Part shown: one piece after another, positions 38,870 through 51,776 of the stretch
Layout: each line of letters opens with the position of its first letter
How positions within the stretch are numbered: the stretch's first letter is position 1
Made by a program: the position numbers and the translations under genes
Source of the DNA: Octopus bimaculoides
Taxonomy: Eukaryota
Direction of reading: 5' to 3'
DNA: 64,000 nucleotides
Assembly (NCBI RefSeq): GCF_001194135.2
Contig: NC_068981.1
Coordinates: 128,611,422-128,675,421 of the forward strand
The notes under the pieces: generated by a model
Told to the model about the DNA's origin: nothing
Seen by the model: the letters and a program-made list of their open reading frames with translations, nothing else
The model's database searches: none

Positions 38870-40399
38870 TGTATGTATGTATGTATGTCAAGCTAGATTT
38901 TTATACCATTTCAATTCTATCTTAATGAACACTTAATGAACAGTGCACAGTTATTGATCTCATAAATATAGTAAGTTGATATAGGTTGTGTAGATAGAAA
39001 CTAGGGTGTTAACATAGGCTTGATTGATTTCTTGATCAATTAGTTTCATCTCATTTCACATACCACCATCATACACTTTTTTACCCTCTTGCTTTGTTTT
39101 ATGTTGTTTTAACTTATTCCAATGCAGACCATTACAATTGTACTAACTATTGTGTGTATCATTATTTACTGATTGGTAAGTTGGTGAAATAGCAGAATCG
39201 TTACCACATCTGCAAAATCTGTTTAGTGACATTTCTCCCAACTTTATAGTCTGAGTTCAAATGCCATGTGAGGTTGACTTTGCCTTTCATCCTTTCGGGC
39301 TCAATAAAATAAGTACCAGTTGCACACAGGGGTCAATGTAGTTGACTTACCCAACTCCCCTGGAAATTGCTAGCATTGTGCCAAAATTTGAAACTGTTAT
39401 TATTGTACATCTCACTGTAACCATCAAGCATAATAGATTGGATATATAGTATCAATACAGAGGTAGACAGCCTGTAAGATGTTGCCTGGGTACATAGCAT
39501 CATCATCATCATCATCATTTAATGTCTGTTTTCCAGGCTAGCATGGGTTGAATGGTTTGACAGAAGCTGGCCAGCTGAAAGCTGCACCAGGCTCCAATTG
39601 TCTGATTTGGCTTGGTTTCTATGGTTGGATGCCCTTCCTAATGCCAACCACTTTACAGAGTGTTCTTTGTGCTTTTAATACAGTACCAGCACCAGTACTA
39701 TTACATGGCATCAGCATTGGTGTTTCATACATAGCATTGGTGTTTCATACATAGCATTGGCACAGGTGCTTATTACATGACACTGGCATGAGTACTTTCC
39801 ATATGGTATTGGCATGAGTGCTTTTCACATGGCACCAGCAGTGTATAGATTTTGGTTGGATGGATTACCGTTCAGTATTTGCTTAATTTCTCTACATTTT
39901 CAGTTCAAATCTCATCAAGGTTGACTTCCTTTGCCCTTCATCTTTTAGGGGTTCATGAATAAAGGACAAGTCCAGAGTATTAGATTGGATGAACTGTTAG
40001 AGTACCAAATAAGATGTCTTGTATATATTTTCTGGTTCTTTATGTTATCATTTTCTATGGCTAGATACCTTTCCCAAGGATTGGCTGCAGGAAGGACACC
40101 CAGCCATTGAAAATCTGCCTCAGTGAATTCTTCAGATTTTGCTGCCCAGCATAAATGCTTCCTAACCCAGATCTTGTTGGTTATGAATTAATATTAATGC
40201 TTCTGAAACTTTGCCCTTTTCTTGGTAGGGGTATTAGCCCTATCTGAAGGTAATTCAGACGTGATTTGTACACAAGGTAACCAACTCCCAAAGATTCTCC
40301 ACTTTAGCGAGATTGAGACTAAAAGTAGCCCTCATGGACATCCAAAACTTCATTTTCATGATCATCTCAAGTGGTCTCTCATTTTGTGCAGTGTCCCTC

Positions 40400-40670
40400 C
40401 CTGTTAGTTGGAGCCCCTGGCTGTTAAGATGAAGGTATAGAGGTGCGTGTGTGATGCTGGAGTAGAGTACTTTGAAACCAAGCACGGGAGACTACACAAA
40501 GGGAGGATGGGTCATCATGAACCCCTTGCAGTTGTTGTTTGGTGTCACTTTCAGTGCCCTCAGTGTCACAGGAAATGCCTATCTTGTATCAGTCTTGTCA
40601 GCCACATCTACTCCCAAGAGAAACAATGTGCTGGAGGTGGAGGAGGATGAATTGCTTGGATCGATGATAC
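40400..40670 (+). mobile_element. Decayed RTE-BovB-like C-terminal zinc-finger remnant
   Basis: FQCPQCHRKCLSCISLVSH resembles F.CP.C.R.C.SRIGL.SH. Confidence 0.5.
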
Positions 40671-41189
40671 CATATCACTTTTGATGGACTGTCATAAGCA
40701 AGTAAGTAAGTTAGCCCTGTGCAAACCCATTTTAGCCCACATTAGTCTGGCCTGTATCTTTTGACTTGTCCAGCATGGGAGGCTGTCAAGGTCACTGCTC
40801 TCAGGGTCATTGAGACACATAAGTCACCGAACTGTAATAAGGACTAGACTTGGTGGTAAGAAGATACTGTCACTACAGATATGAGGAAGACATTTTCACA
40901 CCCACCTAAACAGACTTCAATTTTTATTTTTTTTGTTCAAGAAGCAGCATTCGTCTTTTAAAAGCTTTGGGGAACATTCATATGGTAAATGGATTTGTAG
41001 ATTATTTGCTTTTCTATGGTTTCGGTTGGAAGAAGCTTTGCAATCAACATCAGACAAAATTCCTTATTTAACGTTTTACTTTAAATATCTCAACTAATAA
41101 CTAATTTACCAGTTTGAGATAACGAGTAAGGTTTGAATAAAAGAACGAAAATACATAAGATTTGGAACTGTGAATTTTATTTGTTGTAG

Positions 41190-42077
41190 CATTTCTGTTG
41201 CTGTCATTGGTGATGACGATGATGATGATGGGGGGGATGTATTAATGGTAGTGGTGATGATGATGATGATTTTGATTATGGTAGTGGTGGTATTGGTGGT
41301 GGTTGTGGTGATGATGGTGATGGTAATGGTGATGATGATGATGACGATTTTGATGGTGGTGCTGCTGGTGCTGGTGGTGGTGGTGGTGGTGGTGGTTGTG
41401 TTGCTGGCAGCAGCAGCAGCTCTTGTAACAATGGCAATGGTAATGATGGTAGTGGTGGTGGCAGCAACAGCAGCAGCAGTTGTCATGGTGGCGGTGAGGA
41501 TGATGCTAATAATGATAATGGAGATGCTACAAATGAGAAGGAAAGGAACAGTTACTCTAGGAATATAGTACAAGTGGTGGTAGTGTTACTGTTCATGTGA
41601 TGTGGGAGGAGATGGTGGTAGAAGAGAAATTGATTACGATGTAGGTGGAGATAATTATAGTGCTGGTGACCATCATGGAAGAGGATGTGGAGATGATGAT
41701 GGTGGTGGTGGTGGTGGTGGTGATGATGATGATGATGACGATGATCATGATGATGGTGCTGATGGTGATGATAACAACAACTACAATGACAATCATGATG
41801 ATAGTGACAATGATGACAACAACAAAAACGATGATGATGATGACGATGATGATGATGACGATGATGATGATGACGGCAATGATGATGATATATCACTATT
41901 ATCTGCATCGTAATCTTATCTACAATCACCTTCATATTCACCACAACAACTATCATCATCATCATCATCAAAATCATTGACATGATCATTGTTGTCATTG
42001 TCATCATTGTCATCATCATCATCACCGACAACAACAACAACAACAACAACAACAATAACATCATTGCCGCCGCCACC

Positions 42078-42109
<32 letters not shown>

Positions 42110-42164
42110 CACCACCGCCACCATCACCACCACCCCCATCATCATCATCATCATCATCATCATT

Positions 42165-42195
<31 letters not shown>

Positions 42196-42245
42196 CCATC
42201 ATCAGTGTTGTCATCATCACCATCATCATTGTTGCTATCATAAAC
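41190..42245. repeat. Compound trinucleotide low-complexity region (GAT/GGT/GCA, then CAT/CAC/AAC)
   Basis: Read directly; explains the many homopolymeric ORFs here. Confidence 0.9.
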
Positions 42246-42771
42246 AAGGCCAGCAGTAAATATGATGTAGAACAAACACAACAAATATCAAAAACTTGAG
42301 TGAGTGGGAGAGAGAGAGGGGGAGGGGAGAGGAGAGAAAGGGGGAGAGAAGGGAGAGAGAGAGAGGAGAGAAAGAGAAAGCTTGTCATTTTGTTGCATTT
42401 TGCATTTCTTTCTTTACTTGAAATTTTTATTTAATTTTGTTTGTTATTTATTCTTTTTTTTTCTTATTAAATAACATTTATAATTACATTAAGTTAATAA
42501 AGCAACACCATTAATAACAACAACAACAACAACAACCATTACCCAGATGTGTGGCACTTTCTAAAGCTTCTGCTATCTATTTTGCTTCAGTTTTAAGTCT
42601 TCGCATTGCAAATGTAGTTTCCCTCTAGCTTGATTCTAACAAGCTTTTAATACTATTCTCATTTTTGGTCTTACTTTGGTATTGAAGTTTACGTTACGTT
42701 AATTCTGTTTATTTAGTGATACCCTGTCAATATTCAAACATGTTGTGCTGATCATTATATTAGGATGAAGT

Positions 42772-43010
42772 TAAGGTGGTGAGCTGGCAGAAACATTAGC
42801 ATGCCAGGCGAAATGCTTAGCGGTATTTCGTCTGCTGTTACGTTCTGAGTTCAAATTCCGCCGAGGCCGACTTTGCCTTTCATCCTTTCAGGGTCGATAA
42901 ATTAAGTACTAGTTACGCACTGGGGTCGATGTAATTGACTTAATCCCTTTGTCTGTCCTTGTTTGTCCTTTCAGTGTTTAGCCCGTTGTGGGCAATAAAG
43001 AAATAAGAAA
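42772..43010 (+). mobile_element. Young family B SINE with an alternative tail
   Basis: CpG-rich copy ending GTTTAGCCCGTTGTGGGCAATAAAGAAATAAG. Confidence 0.75.
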
Positions 43011-44106
43011 TCTTTAGCACACTGGATGAAACGCTTAGCCATATTTCGCCCGCTACTGCTATACTGTTGCTAGTTGTTCTTTTTTTACTTATATTCTGAC
43101 ACACAATAAGCACCATTCATGCGTGGGTCAATGTCAGTGCTGCCTGACTGGCTCCTCATGCTGGTGGCATGTAAAAAGCATCATCCGAAATATGGTCGAT
43201 GTCAGTCCTGCGCCCCCCCCCCTCCACACACACCCCACTCTGACAGGCTTCTGTGCCGGTGGCGTGTAAAAAGCACCCACTACACCCTCAGGGTGGTTGG
43301 CATTCGGAAGGGCATCTAGCTGTAGAAACATTGCCAGATCAGAATGGAGCCTGGTACAGCCTCCTGGCTTGCCAGCCCCCAGTCAAACTGTCCAACCCAT
43401 GCCAGCATGGAAAACGGACGTTAAACGATGATGATGATGATGATGATGCTGTTGTTGTTGTTGTGATTGTTGTCATCATTCTTTTATTTGTTTCAGTCAT
43501 TTGACTGCAGCCATGCTGGAGCACTGCCTTTAGTCGAGCAAATCGACCCCAGGACTGATTCTTAGTAAGGCTAGTACTTATTCTATCAGCTTCTTTTTGC
43601 CGAACCACTATGTTATGGGGATGTAAACACACCAGCATTGGTTATCAAGCGATGTTGGGGGGACAAACACAGACACACAAACATATATGTATCATCATCA
43701 TCATTTAACGTCTGTTTTCCTGCTGGCATCGGTTGGATGGTTTGACTGAGGACTGGAGAACTACTGGCTGCACCAGGTTCCAATCTGATCTGACAATATT
43801 TCTACAGCTGGATGTCCTTCCTAATGCAACCACTCCAAGAGTGTAGTAGGTGCTTTGGCTTCTTTCAGTTTCCATCTACCAAATCCACTCGCAAGGCTTT
43901 GGTCAGCCCAAGGTTTTGGTCAGTCCAAGGCTATAGCAGAAAACACTTGCCCAAGATGCCATGTAGTGGGACCGAACCCAGAACCATGTGGTTGGTAGGC
44001 AAGCTATTTGCCACACAGCTACTCCTGTGTCTTGTTATTTATTATCAACTTTGCTTTTTTTGTTTTTCATTTTTGTAAGGCAGCAAGCTGGCAAAATCAT
44101 TAGCAC

Positions 44107-44344
44107 ACTCTTTTACTCTTTTACTTGTTTCAGTCATTTGACTGCGGTCATGCTGGAGCACCGTCTTCAGTCGAAAAAATCGACCCCAGTACTTATTCTT
44201 TGTAAGCCTAGTACTTATTCTATCGGTCTCATTTTGCCGAACCACTAAGTTATGGGACGTAAACACACCAACATCGGTTGCCAAGCGATGGTGGGGGGAC
44301 AAACACACATACATATATATANNNNNNNNNNNNNNNNNNNNNNN

Positions 44345-44375
<31 letters not shown>

Positions 44376-45475
44376 TACAACGGGCTTCTTTCAGTTTCCG
44401 TCTACCAAATCCACTCACAAGGCTTTGGTCGGCCCAAGGCTACAGCAGAAGACACTTGCCCAAGGTGCCACGCAGTGGGACTGAACCCGGAACCATGTGG
44501 TTGATAAGCAAGCTACTTACCACACAGCCACTCCTGCGGCAAAATGCTTAGTGGTATTTTGTCCATCTTTGCATTTTGAGCTCAAATTCCGCCAAAGTCG
44601 ATTTTGCTTTTCATCCTTTCAGAGTCGATAAATTAAGTACCAGTCAATCACTGGTGTCAATGTAATCAACTAATCCCCTCTCCTCAAATGTCAGGCCTAA
44701 TGCCTATAGCAGAAAGGATTATATAAGGATGAAGTTAATATTTTATTTTTATCTTTTACTTGTTTCAGTCATCGGACAGTGGCAATGCCAGGGCATTGAT
44801 GTGTTTCATTAAACAAATCAACCCCAGTACTTTTTTCTTTTAAGCCTGAGCTGCTAAGTTGTGGGGATGGAAACAAACCAGCACCAGTTGTCAAGTGGTG
44901 ATGGGGGACAAACACAAACAAAGACAGGTACACATGCATACTCTCTCTTTACTCTCTTTTACTTGTTTCAGTCATTTGACTGTGGCCATGCTGGAGCACC
45001 GCCTTTAGTCGAGAAAATCGACCCCGGGACTTATTCTTTGTAAGCCTAGTACTTATTCTATCAATCTCTTTTTGACAAACAGCTAAGTTACGGGGACGTA
45101 AACACACCAGTATCAGTTGTCAAGTAATGGTGGGGGGACAAACACAGACACACAAACACACATACATATATATACACATATATACATATATACAACGGGC
45201 TTCTTTCAGTTTCCGTCTACCAAATCCACTCACAAGGCTTTCGTCGGCTTGAGGCTACAGTAGAAGGCATTTGCCGATGATGCCCTGCAGTGGGACTGAA
45301 CCGGGAACCATGTGGTTGGGAAGCAANNNNNNNNNNCTACCAAATCCACTCACAAGGCTTTGGTCGGCTTGAGGCTACAGTAGAAGGCATTTGCCCATGA
45401 TGCCCTGCAGTGGGACTGAACCGGGAACCATGTGGTTGGGAAGCAAACTACTTACCACACAGCCACTCCTGCGCT
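44107..45475 (-). mobile_element. Cluster of family A SINEs (44107-44540, 44745-44930, 44940-45475) with a family B copy between
   Basis: Matches to 4962-5370 and 8708-8928. Confidence 0.75.
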
Positions 45476-45844
45476 TATACATACATACACACATACATAC
45501 ATATATGCATGCATGCATGCATATGTGTGTGTGTGTGTGTGATTGTATCCGTGTAAGGGCATGTGGCCAAATGGCTGAGGTGCTGTATTTGCAATCACGT
45601 GGGTTCAATCCCTGGACCAGGCAGGTGGTTATGTTCATCAGCAAAACACTTCATTGTACATTGCTCTGCGATCACTTCAATATCTGATGTGGGACCTACT
45701 GTGCACTTGTACAGGCAATATTCATTTGAAGGAGGGACTGATCTAACATACAGTTCATACATTTGATCACTACAAACAAATCATTTGTGCAGGTTGTTCA
45801 GTAAGAAATTGCAGAATTATCTTTCTCAGACTCAAGAGACTATC

Positions 45845-45903
<59 letters not shown>

Positions 45904-47971
45904 TAGCTAATCCTATGCTGTCAAAATTGACAGCTAATTGTAGTATTTTATATATATAAATAAGGTATAAAATAAGGTACATAATAATCACAGCTTTAAT
46001 TTAGCTGGTAGCTTGCTGTGCACTCCATCCATTGAAAACAGTGAGATGTACTGTTGCCTTTCAGAAAGCAGCTGTTCTATCTTTACATCATTTTCATCCA
46101 ACCAGACAGCATGCTTGCATATAGGAAAGCCAATTGAGGTGCAACTGCTTTATAGAGTATTCCATACAGCAGTGCCCAGCAAGCATCCAATTGTCACTTA
46201 TTGTTATTATATCTATAACAATAGAATATTTTGGATTGATCGGCAGATGGAACAACAAAAGTTTGTGCGAACTTCCAAATGCAAAATATTTATTATCATT
46301 AACAAAAAATGTTGTCATCATGACAAACAACAGAGAAGAAATATTTACATCATGTGAAGCAATTCATGTGAGACATGTGTTACAAATGATAATAGCTGTT
46401 GTTGAGTGAACAAAAGTTGTTGAATTCTGTAGCTAAAGTTGAGTGGCATAAATTCCTACAGCCATTGGTCTTGACTATATACAACTACAATTGTTGTTAT
46501 CACATTCCTTAACCAAAGTTGAGTAGTATAAATTCCTGCAGCAAGTTGTCTTAAAGTGCGTCATGATCACTTACTAGCTAGTAGGTGCACCATCTATATA
46601 TGGCCAATATCTGACAAAGAAAAGGCATCAAATTGGAAATTTTTAATGAGATTTTGATATGTTGTTTGTTAAAAAAAATGCTTGTTTACAACAAATGGAT
46701 TTCATATGAGTTAAACATCTGTTAGTTCAATTGTGTTTTTTCTTGATGGTCAACCCAGCCACTTATAAAAAAGAGACAAATTCTTAGTGAGCTTATCATA
46801 AATTTGAATGGGTTGGTCACTTGTTGGCATCATCAAATGTTGTCAGCATTCTGCTTATTGTTTAGTTCGGTGATTCAAATTTGATTCCTAGGCAGTGAAT
46901 TGGTGTTTTAGACTCTGCCAATATTCCTGCTACATATCCAATCTGCTAATGACAGTAAGGTCAGCCCTTACTAGAAATCAAACTGTAACTCGTTTTAGGG
47001 GTAAGCTTCTCTGATACCAAATGAGTAGAATTAGAAGTTCGATAATTCACTATACAGACACTTGGATAATGTGTCAACAATTGACAAGCTGCTGGCAAAT
47101 ATCTATTCCAATTACTAAATTTATTCCCCCACTTATGTTCAGACAGATACAATACAATGGGAACAAATTATTATTAAACTTACACTCTTGTCAAATTTTC
47201 TTCATTGCCACCATCCACTGCCTTTCAATAGTCTAAGTATGGAATAAGAACATTGCATTGTTTCCATTGGAGATTTTCACTTTCTGTTTTCAGATTTCAC
47301 TTCCATTTCAATCACATTAAAATACAACTAAGTGTTCATTCACAAAATAGTTACATACTTATACATATATGTATGTGTCTAAGTTTTGTATGTGTCTAAG
47401 TTTTGTATATATATATGTGCATATATGTGTGGTGGATGGATGCATGTGAGTATGTGTGCATGTATGCATATGTTTGTATGTGTATGTATTTCATATTATG
47501 TGTTATGTGAATGTGTCTTGTATTGTTCATTCAATGTTTGTATTGTTTATCTATTTTCCATGCAAGTATAGGTTAGACATATGTATTACAGGGGACGTAT
47601 GTTTTACAGCCAGGTGCCCTTCCTGTAACTAACTCTTACCTATTTTCAAGTAAGAGATTTCACACTTCTTTGAATGTTATGCAAGCAGGCAATTTATTGA
47701 CACAAGTGACAACAACAATACCAGTCACAGCAAACAGCTTTTATAAATCCCAAACATAAACCCCAAATATAAACACACACACACACACACACATACATAT
47801 ATAGATGCAGATGTGGCTGTCTGCTGTCTGGTTAAGAAGTTTGTTTCCCAACCACATAGTTTGAGGTCCAGTCCTGCTGTACAGTATCTTAGGCAACTAT
47901 TTCTACTAAGGCTAACCAAAGACTTGTGAATGGATTTAGCAGATGGAAAATGAAAGAAGCTCGTCATATAA

Positions 47972-48190
47972 CAGCAGATGGATAATGCATCAATCCACTA
48001 CAGCTGTTTCCAACGAATTTTTAATTGATTAATAAAGACATTACATCATTAGAAAAAAAACCTTTTGAATGTTGTGATTCATGTATTCACCTGATGAAAA
48101 GGTTTTTTCCAAATGATGTAATGTCTCCATTAATCAATTAAAAATTTGTTGGAAACAGCTGTAATGGATTGACATATTATCCATCTGTTG
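47972..48190. mobile_element. Fold-back element (about 95-bp arms) related to the 22751 family
   Basis: Arms 47972-48066 / 48097-48190; CTGATGA at 48091-48097. 3' part GACATATTATCCATCTGTTGTAA resembles GACAAATATCCGTCAAATGTAA. Confidence 0.65.
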
Positions 48191-48864
48191 TAATTTATTT
48201 ATTTATTTATTATTCACCTCACTTGGAACCTGCTCTTTGCATAGATCCAAAGTATATTATGGACCAAGGCAGCAAGCATGCCAGGCAAAATGCTTAGCGA
48301 CATTTCATCAATCTTCACATTCTGGATTAAACTCATCCTTTCGGGGTCAATAAAATAAATACCAATTGTGCACTGGGATAGATGTAATCAACTTATTCCC
48401 TCCCCTGAAATTGCTGACCTAGTGCTAAAATTTTAAACCTATATTTCAGTTCACCTAACTAAAAATAGATGGTCACAGGGAGTAGCTATACTGAATCATT
48501 AGGTGCCTTAGTGAACCTAAGGCATTTATGTAGAATTCTTGCATGGAATGAATTTTAATTTTTTTTATTTCCAAGCATTTAGTTAACTTTCCATGCTCAG
48601 CTCATATCCTTCCCAAAGTCTTGATTAATTTGAATACGATTTTAATTCACAATTGAAGCTTATTCCCATCACACCATTTATGCTAGGCATGACTCTGTAG
48701 TTAAGAAGTTCACTTGAAAACCACTCGGTTTGGGCCTAAGTCCTATTGCATAGCACCTTGAGCAAGTGTCTTGTAAAATAACTGTAAGCCAACCAATGTC
48801 TTGTGAGGAAATCTGGTAGATGGAAGTTACAGGAAGCCCATTGAGTATGTAAAAGTATGTGTTG

Positions 48865-48920
<56 letters not shown>

Positions 48921-49290
48921 CATGCACTGTGTCTGTGTGTGTGCTTTTGTTCACGTGAGTATGTGTGTGTATGCAAAAGTACTGCTGACATCTGACATCT
49001 CACAACATTGAGTAAAACAGTGAATGATGTTTAGATTTCTTTTTGACACTATGACCTGTCACTCTGATCTTTCAAAAAAAACTTGAGGAATAAAAGCAAA
49101 AAAAAAAAAAAATCCCTTAATTGAAAACTGTTAAGGATAGGTGATAGGAAAGGCATCTGGCCATAAAGTCCTATTGCAACATATCCTTGTCCAACCCATG
49201 CCAGCATGGAAAGAAAGTAGAGATTAAACAAACAAACCAGCAAGCAGACAAACAAAAGAAAAACATCACAACATATTTGTTACCATCCCC

Positions 49291-49322
<32 letters not shown>

Positions 49323-50266
49323 AATCATCACTATCAACGACTACAGTGTGAACATCACAACATTCCATTTCCCTTTCTTTCCCCAGTTGATTTTCAATAA
49401 CTTCAATGTTTCTATTCTGCTCAAAGCTGTTTCACATTGTTTCACATCCTTTCAGTATTTTGAGGTCACTGTTTGTACGGATGGAATGGTCATCAATATA
49501 GAAATTTTGTGAAATATTCATCTAATTTTTAATTTTTTACCTCTAAATAAGTATTTTCAGGAAAGGATTTTATTTTTGTATTCTGTGTATTTTCATCTCA
49601 AAATATAGGTTCTGTAATTATTTNNNNNNNNNNNNNNNNNNNNNNNNNNNNNNNNNNNNNNNNNNNNNNNNNNNNNNNNNNNNNNNNNNNNNNNNNNNNN
49701 NNNNNNNNNNNNNNNNNNNNNNNNNNNNNNNNNNNNNNNNNNNNNNNNNNNNNNNNNNNNNNNNNNNNNNNNNNNNNNNNNNNNNNNNNNNNNNNNNNNN
49801 NNNNNNNNNNNNNNNNNNNNNNNNNNNNNNNNNNNNNNNNNNNNNNNNNNNNNNNNNNNNNNNNNNNNNNNNNNNNNNNNNNNNNNNNNNNNNNNNNNNN
49901 NNNNNNNNNNNNNNNNNNNNNNNNNNNNNNNNNNNNNNNNNNNNNNNNNNNNNNNNNNNNNNNNNNNNNNNNNNNNNNNNNNNNNNNNNNNNNNNNNNNN
50001 NNNNNNNNNNNNNNNNNNNNNNNNNNNNNNNNNNNNNNNNNNNNNNNNNNNNNNNNNNNNNNNNNNNNNNNNNNNNNNNNNNNNNNNNNNNNNNNNNNNN
50101 NNNNNNNNNNNNNNNNNNNNNNNNNNNNNNNNNNNNNNNNNNNNNNNNNNNNNNNNNNNNNNNNNNNNNNNNNNNNNNNNNNNNNNNNNNNNNNNNNNNN
50201 NNNNNNNNNNNNAAATGAAAGGAAGAAAAAAACAGAAAGGCAAAATAAAAGAGAAGGGAGAGAATT

Positions 50267-50302
<36 letters not shown>

Positions 50303-50329
50303 TGTGTGTGTGTCTGTGTGTGCATGTGC

Positions 50330-50375
<46 letters not shown>

Positions 50376-51396
50376 ACCTGTATATGCACACACACGCCCC
50401 GAGAGGCTAAAAAGAGAGAGATAGAAGTAGGGAGAAAGAGGAAGAAAATAACAGTACATCAAATTTCTATTCAATCAGAAATTTTGAAGATTTCCTGAGA
50501 AATAAAAATAAATTTGAAGAAAAATATTCTGTTAAATCTATTTTGATACCAGCTTTCATTTTCCCCTTTAATTTTCATTTTATTTTATTCTATTTTATTC
50601 ATGTGTTCTTGATTTATTTTCTTCATTCCATTTGATGAGTTTTATAATATTGAAAGATTTCTTTAATAATTCTGTCAATAGACTTCTCTAAGAACAGATC
50701 AAAAATTTATTCGTAAGATATTAGCATTAATTCAATACCTAGTCGTGTGAGGTGGTTAAATTCTTTGCTGAGTCTCTGATTTAGCTTCAATTCCTGGCTA
50801 GAAAAGTTAACTTTATACTTCCAAAATGTTTCTTCACCCTTAAAATATACAACCTCTTCAAACCCCTCTGTGTAAATAAAGAATAAAATAAATGCTAAAA
50901 CAATGATGACAATGATGTGTTTTCATTATGAAAATGTAAAAAAAATGGAAAGTGAGAAAGAAAGAAAAAGAAAAGAGAAATGAAGAGAGAGAAAAAAGAA
51001 GAGAGACAGCAAAGCGTAAGAAAAAGAAAAAGGAAGTGGTCAGAGCATCAGAGGTGTATTTCCAGAAGAGTTCATAGACAGGGAGAAGATGGGATGGAAG
51101 AAGGGATACTGGGAAAATTCAAAATGTATTGTTGCAATAATTTTCCTCTTCCTTATCCTCTTCTTCATCGTCATTTGACATCCATTTTCCATGAAAGTGG
51201 GGTTGGACAGGTAATCCTGGTTCAAATCAGTTTTTATTCAGAAGTATTATCCTTCTAGAAAGACTGGAAGTCCAAATCCAGCTCATAAATTTCATTTTTG
51301 GTGGCTTGGTTTCTCCGCCTAGTTACTCTCCTTATCAACAACCTTATGGAATGTACTGTGTGCTTTATGCCATGACATCATCACTAAAGAGGTTAT

Positions 51397-51776
51397 TTGT
51401 TGTTGGCACTCCGTCGCTTACGACGTCGAGGGTTCCAGTTGATCCGATCAATGGAACAGCCTGCTCGTGAAATTAACGTGCAAGTGGCTGAACATTCCAC
51501 AGACACGTGTACCCTTAACGTAATTCTCGGGGATATTCAGCGTGACACAGTGTGACAAGGCTGACCCTTTGAATTACAGGCACAACAGAAACAGGAAGTA
51601 AGAGAAGGTTGTGGTGAAAGAGTACAGCAGGGTTCGCCACCATCCCCTGCCGGAGCCTCGTGGAGCTTTTGGTGTTTTTGCTCAATAAACACTCACAACA
51701 CCCGGTCTGGGAATCGAAACTGCAATCCTATGACCGTGAGTCTGCTGCCCTAACCACTGGGCCATTACGCCTCCAC
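51397..51776 (-). mobile_element. tRNA-derived SINE family C, full length
   Basis: A/B boxes, (CAA)n tail, TSD TAAAGA(G/C)GTTAT at 51385-51396 and 51777-51788. Confidence 0.85.

Noticed and set aside
41100-42390. Long ORFs rich in Met, Asp, Thr and His
   Set aside because: Artefacts of trinucleotide repeats, open in many frames on both strands.
45217-45446. 110-bp direct duplication
   Set aside because: It straddles a 10-N gap with two differences; most likely an unmerged contig or haplotype overlap.
46434-46546. About 30-bp imperfect direct repeat
   Set aside because: Only two diverged copies with no associated structure.
49593-50498. ORFs spanning N runs (also 25263-25833, 36114-37132, 38441-38936)
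   Set aside because: Their length comes from assembly gaps; only the flanking LINE parts are real.
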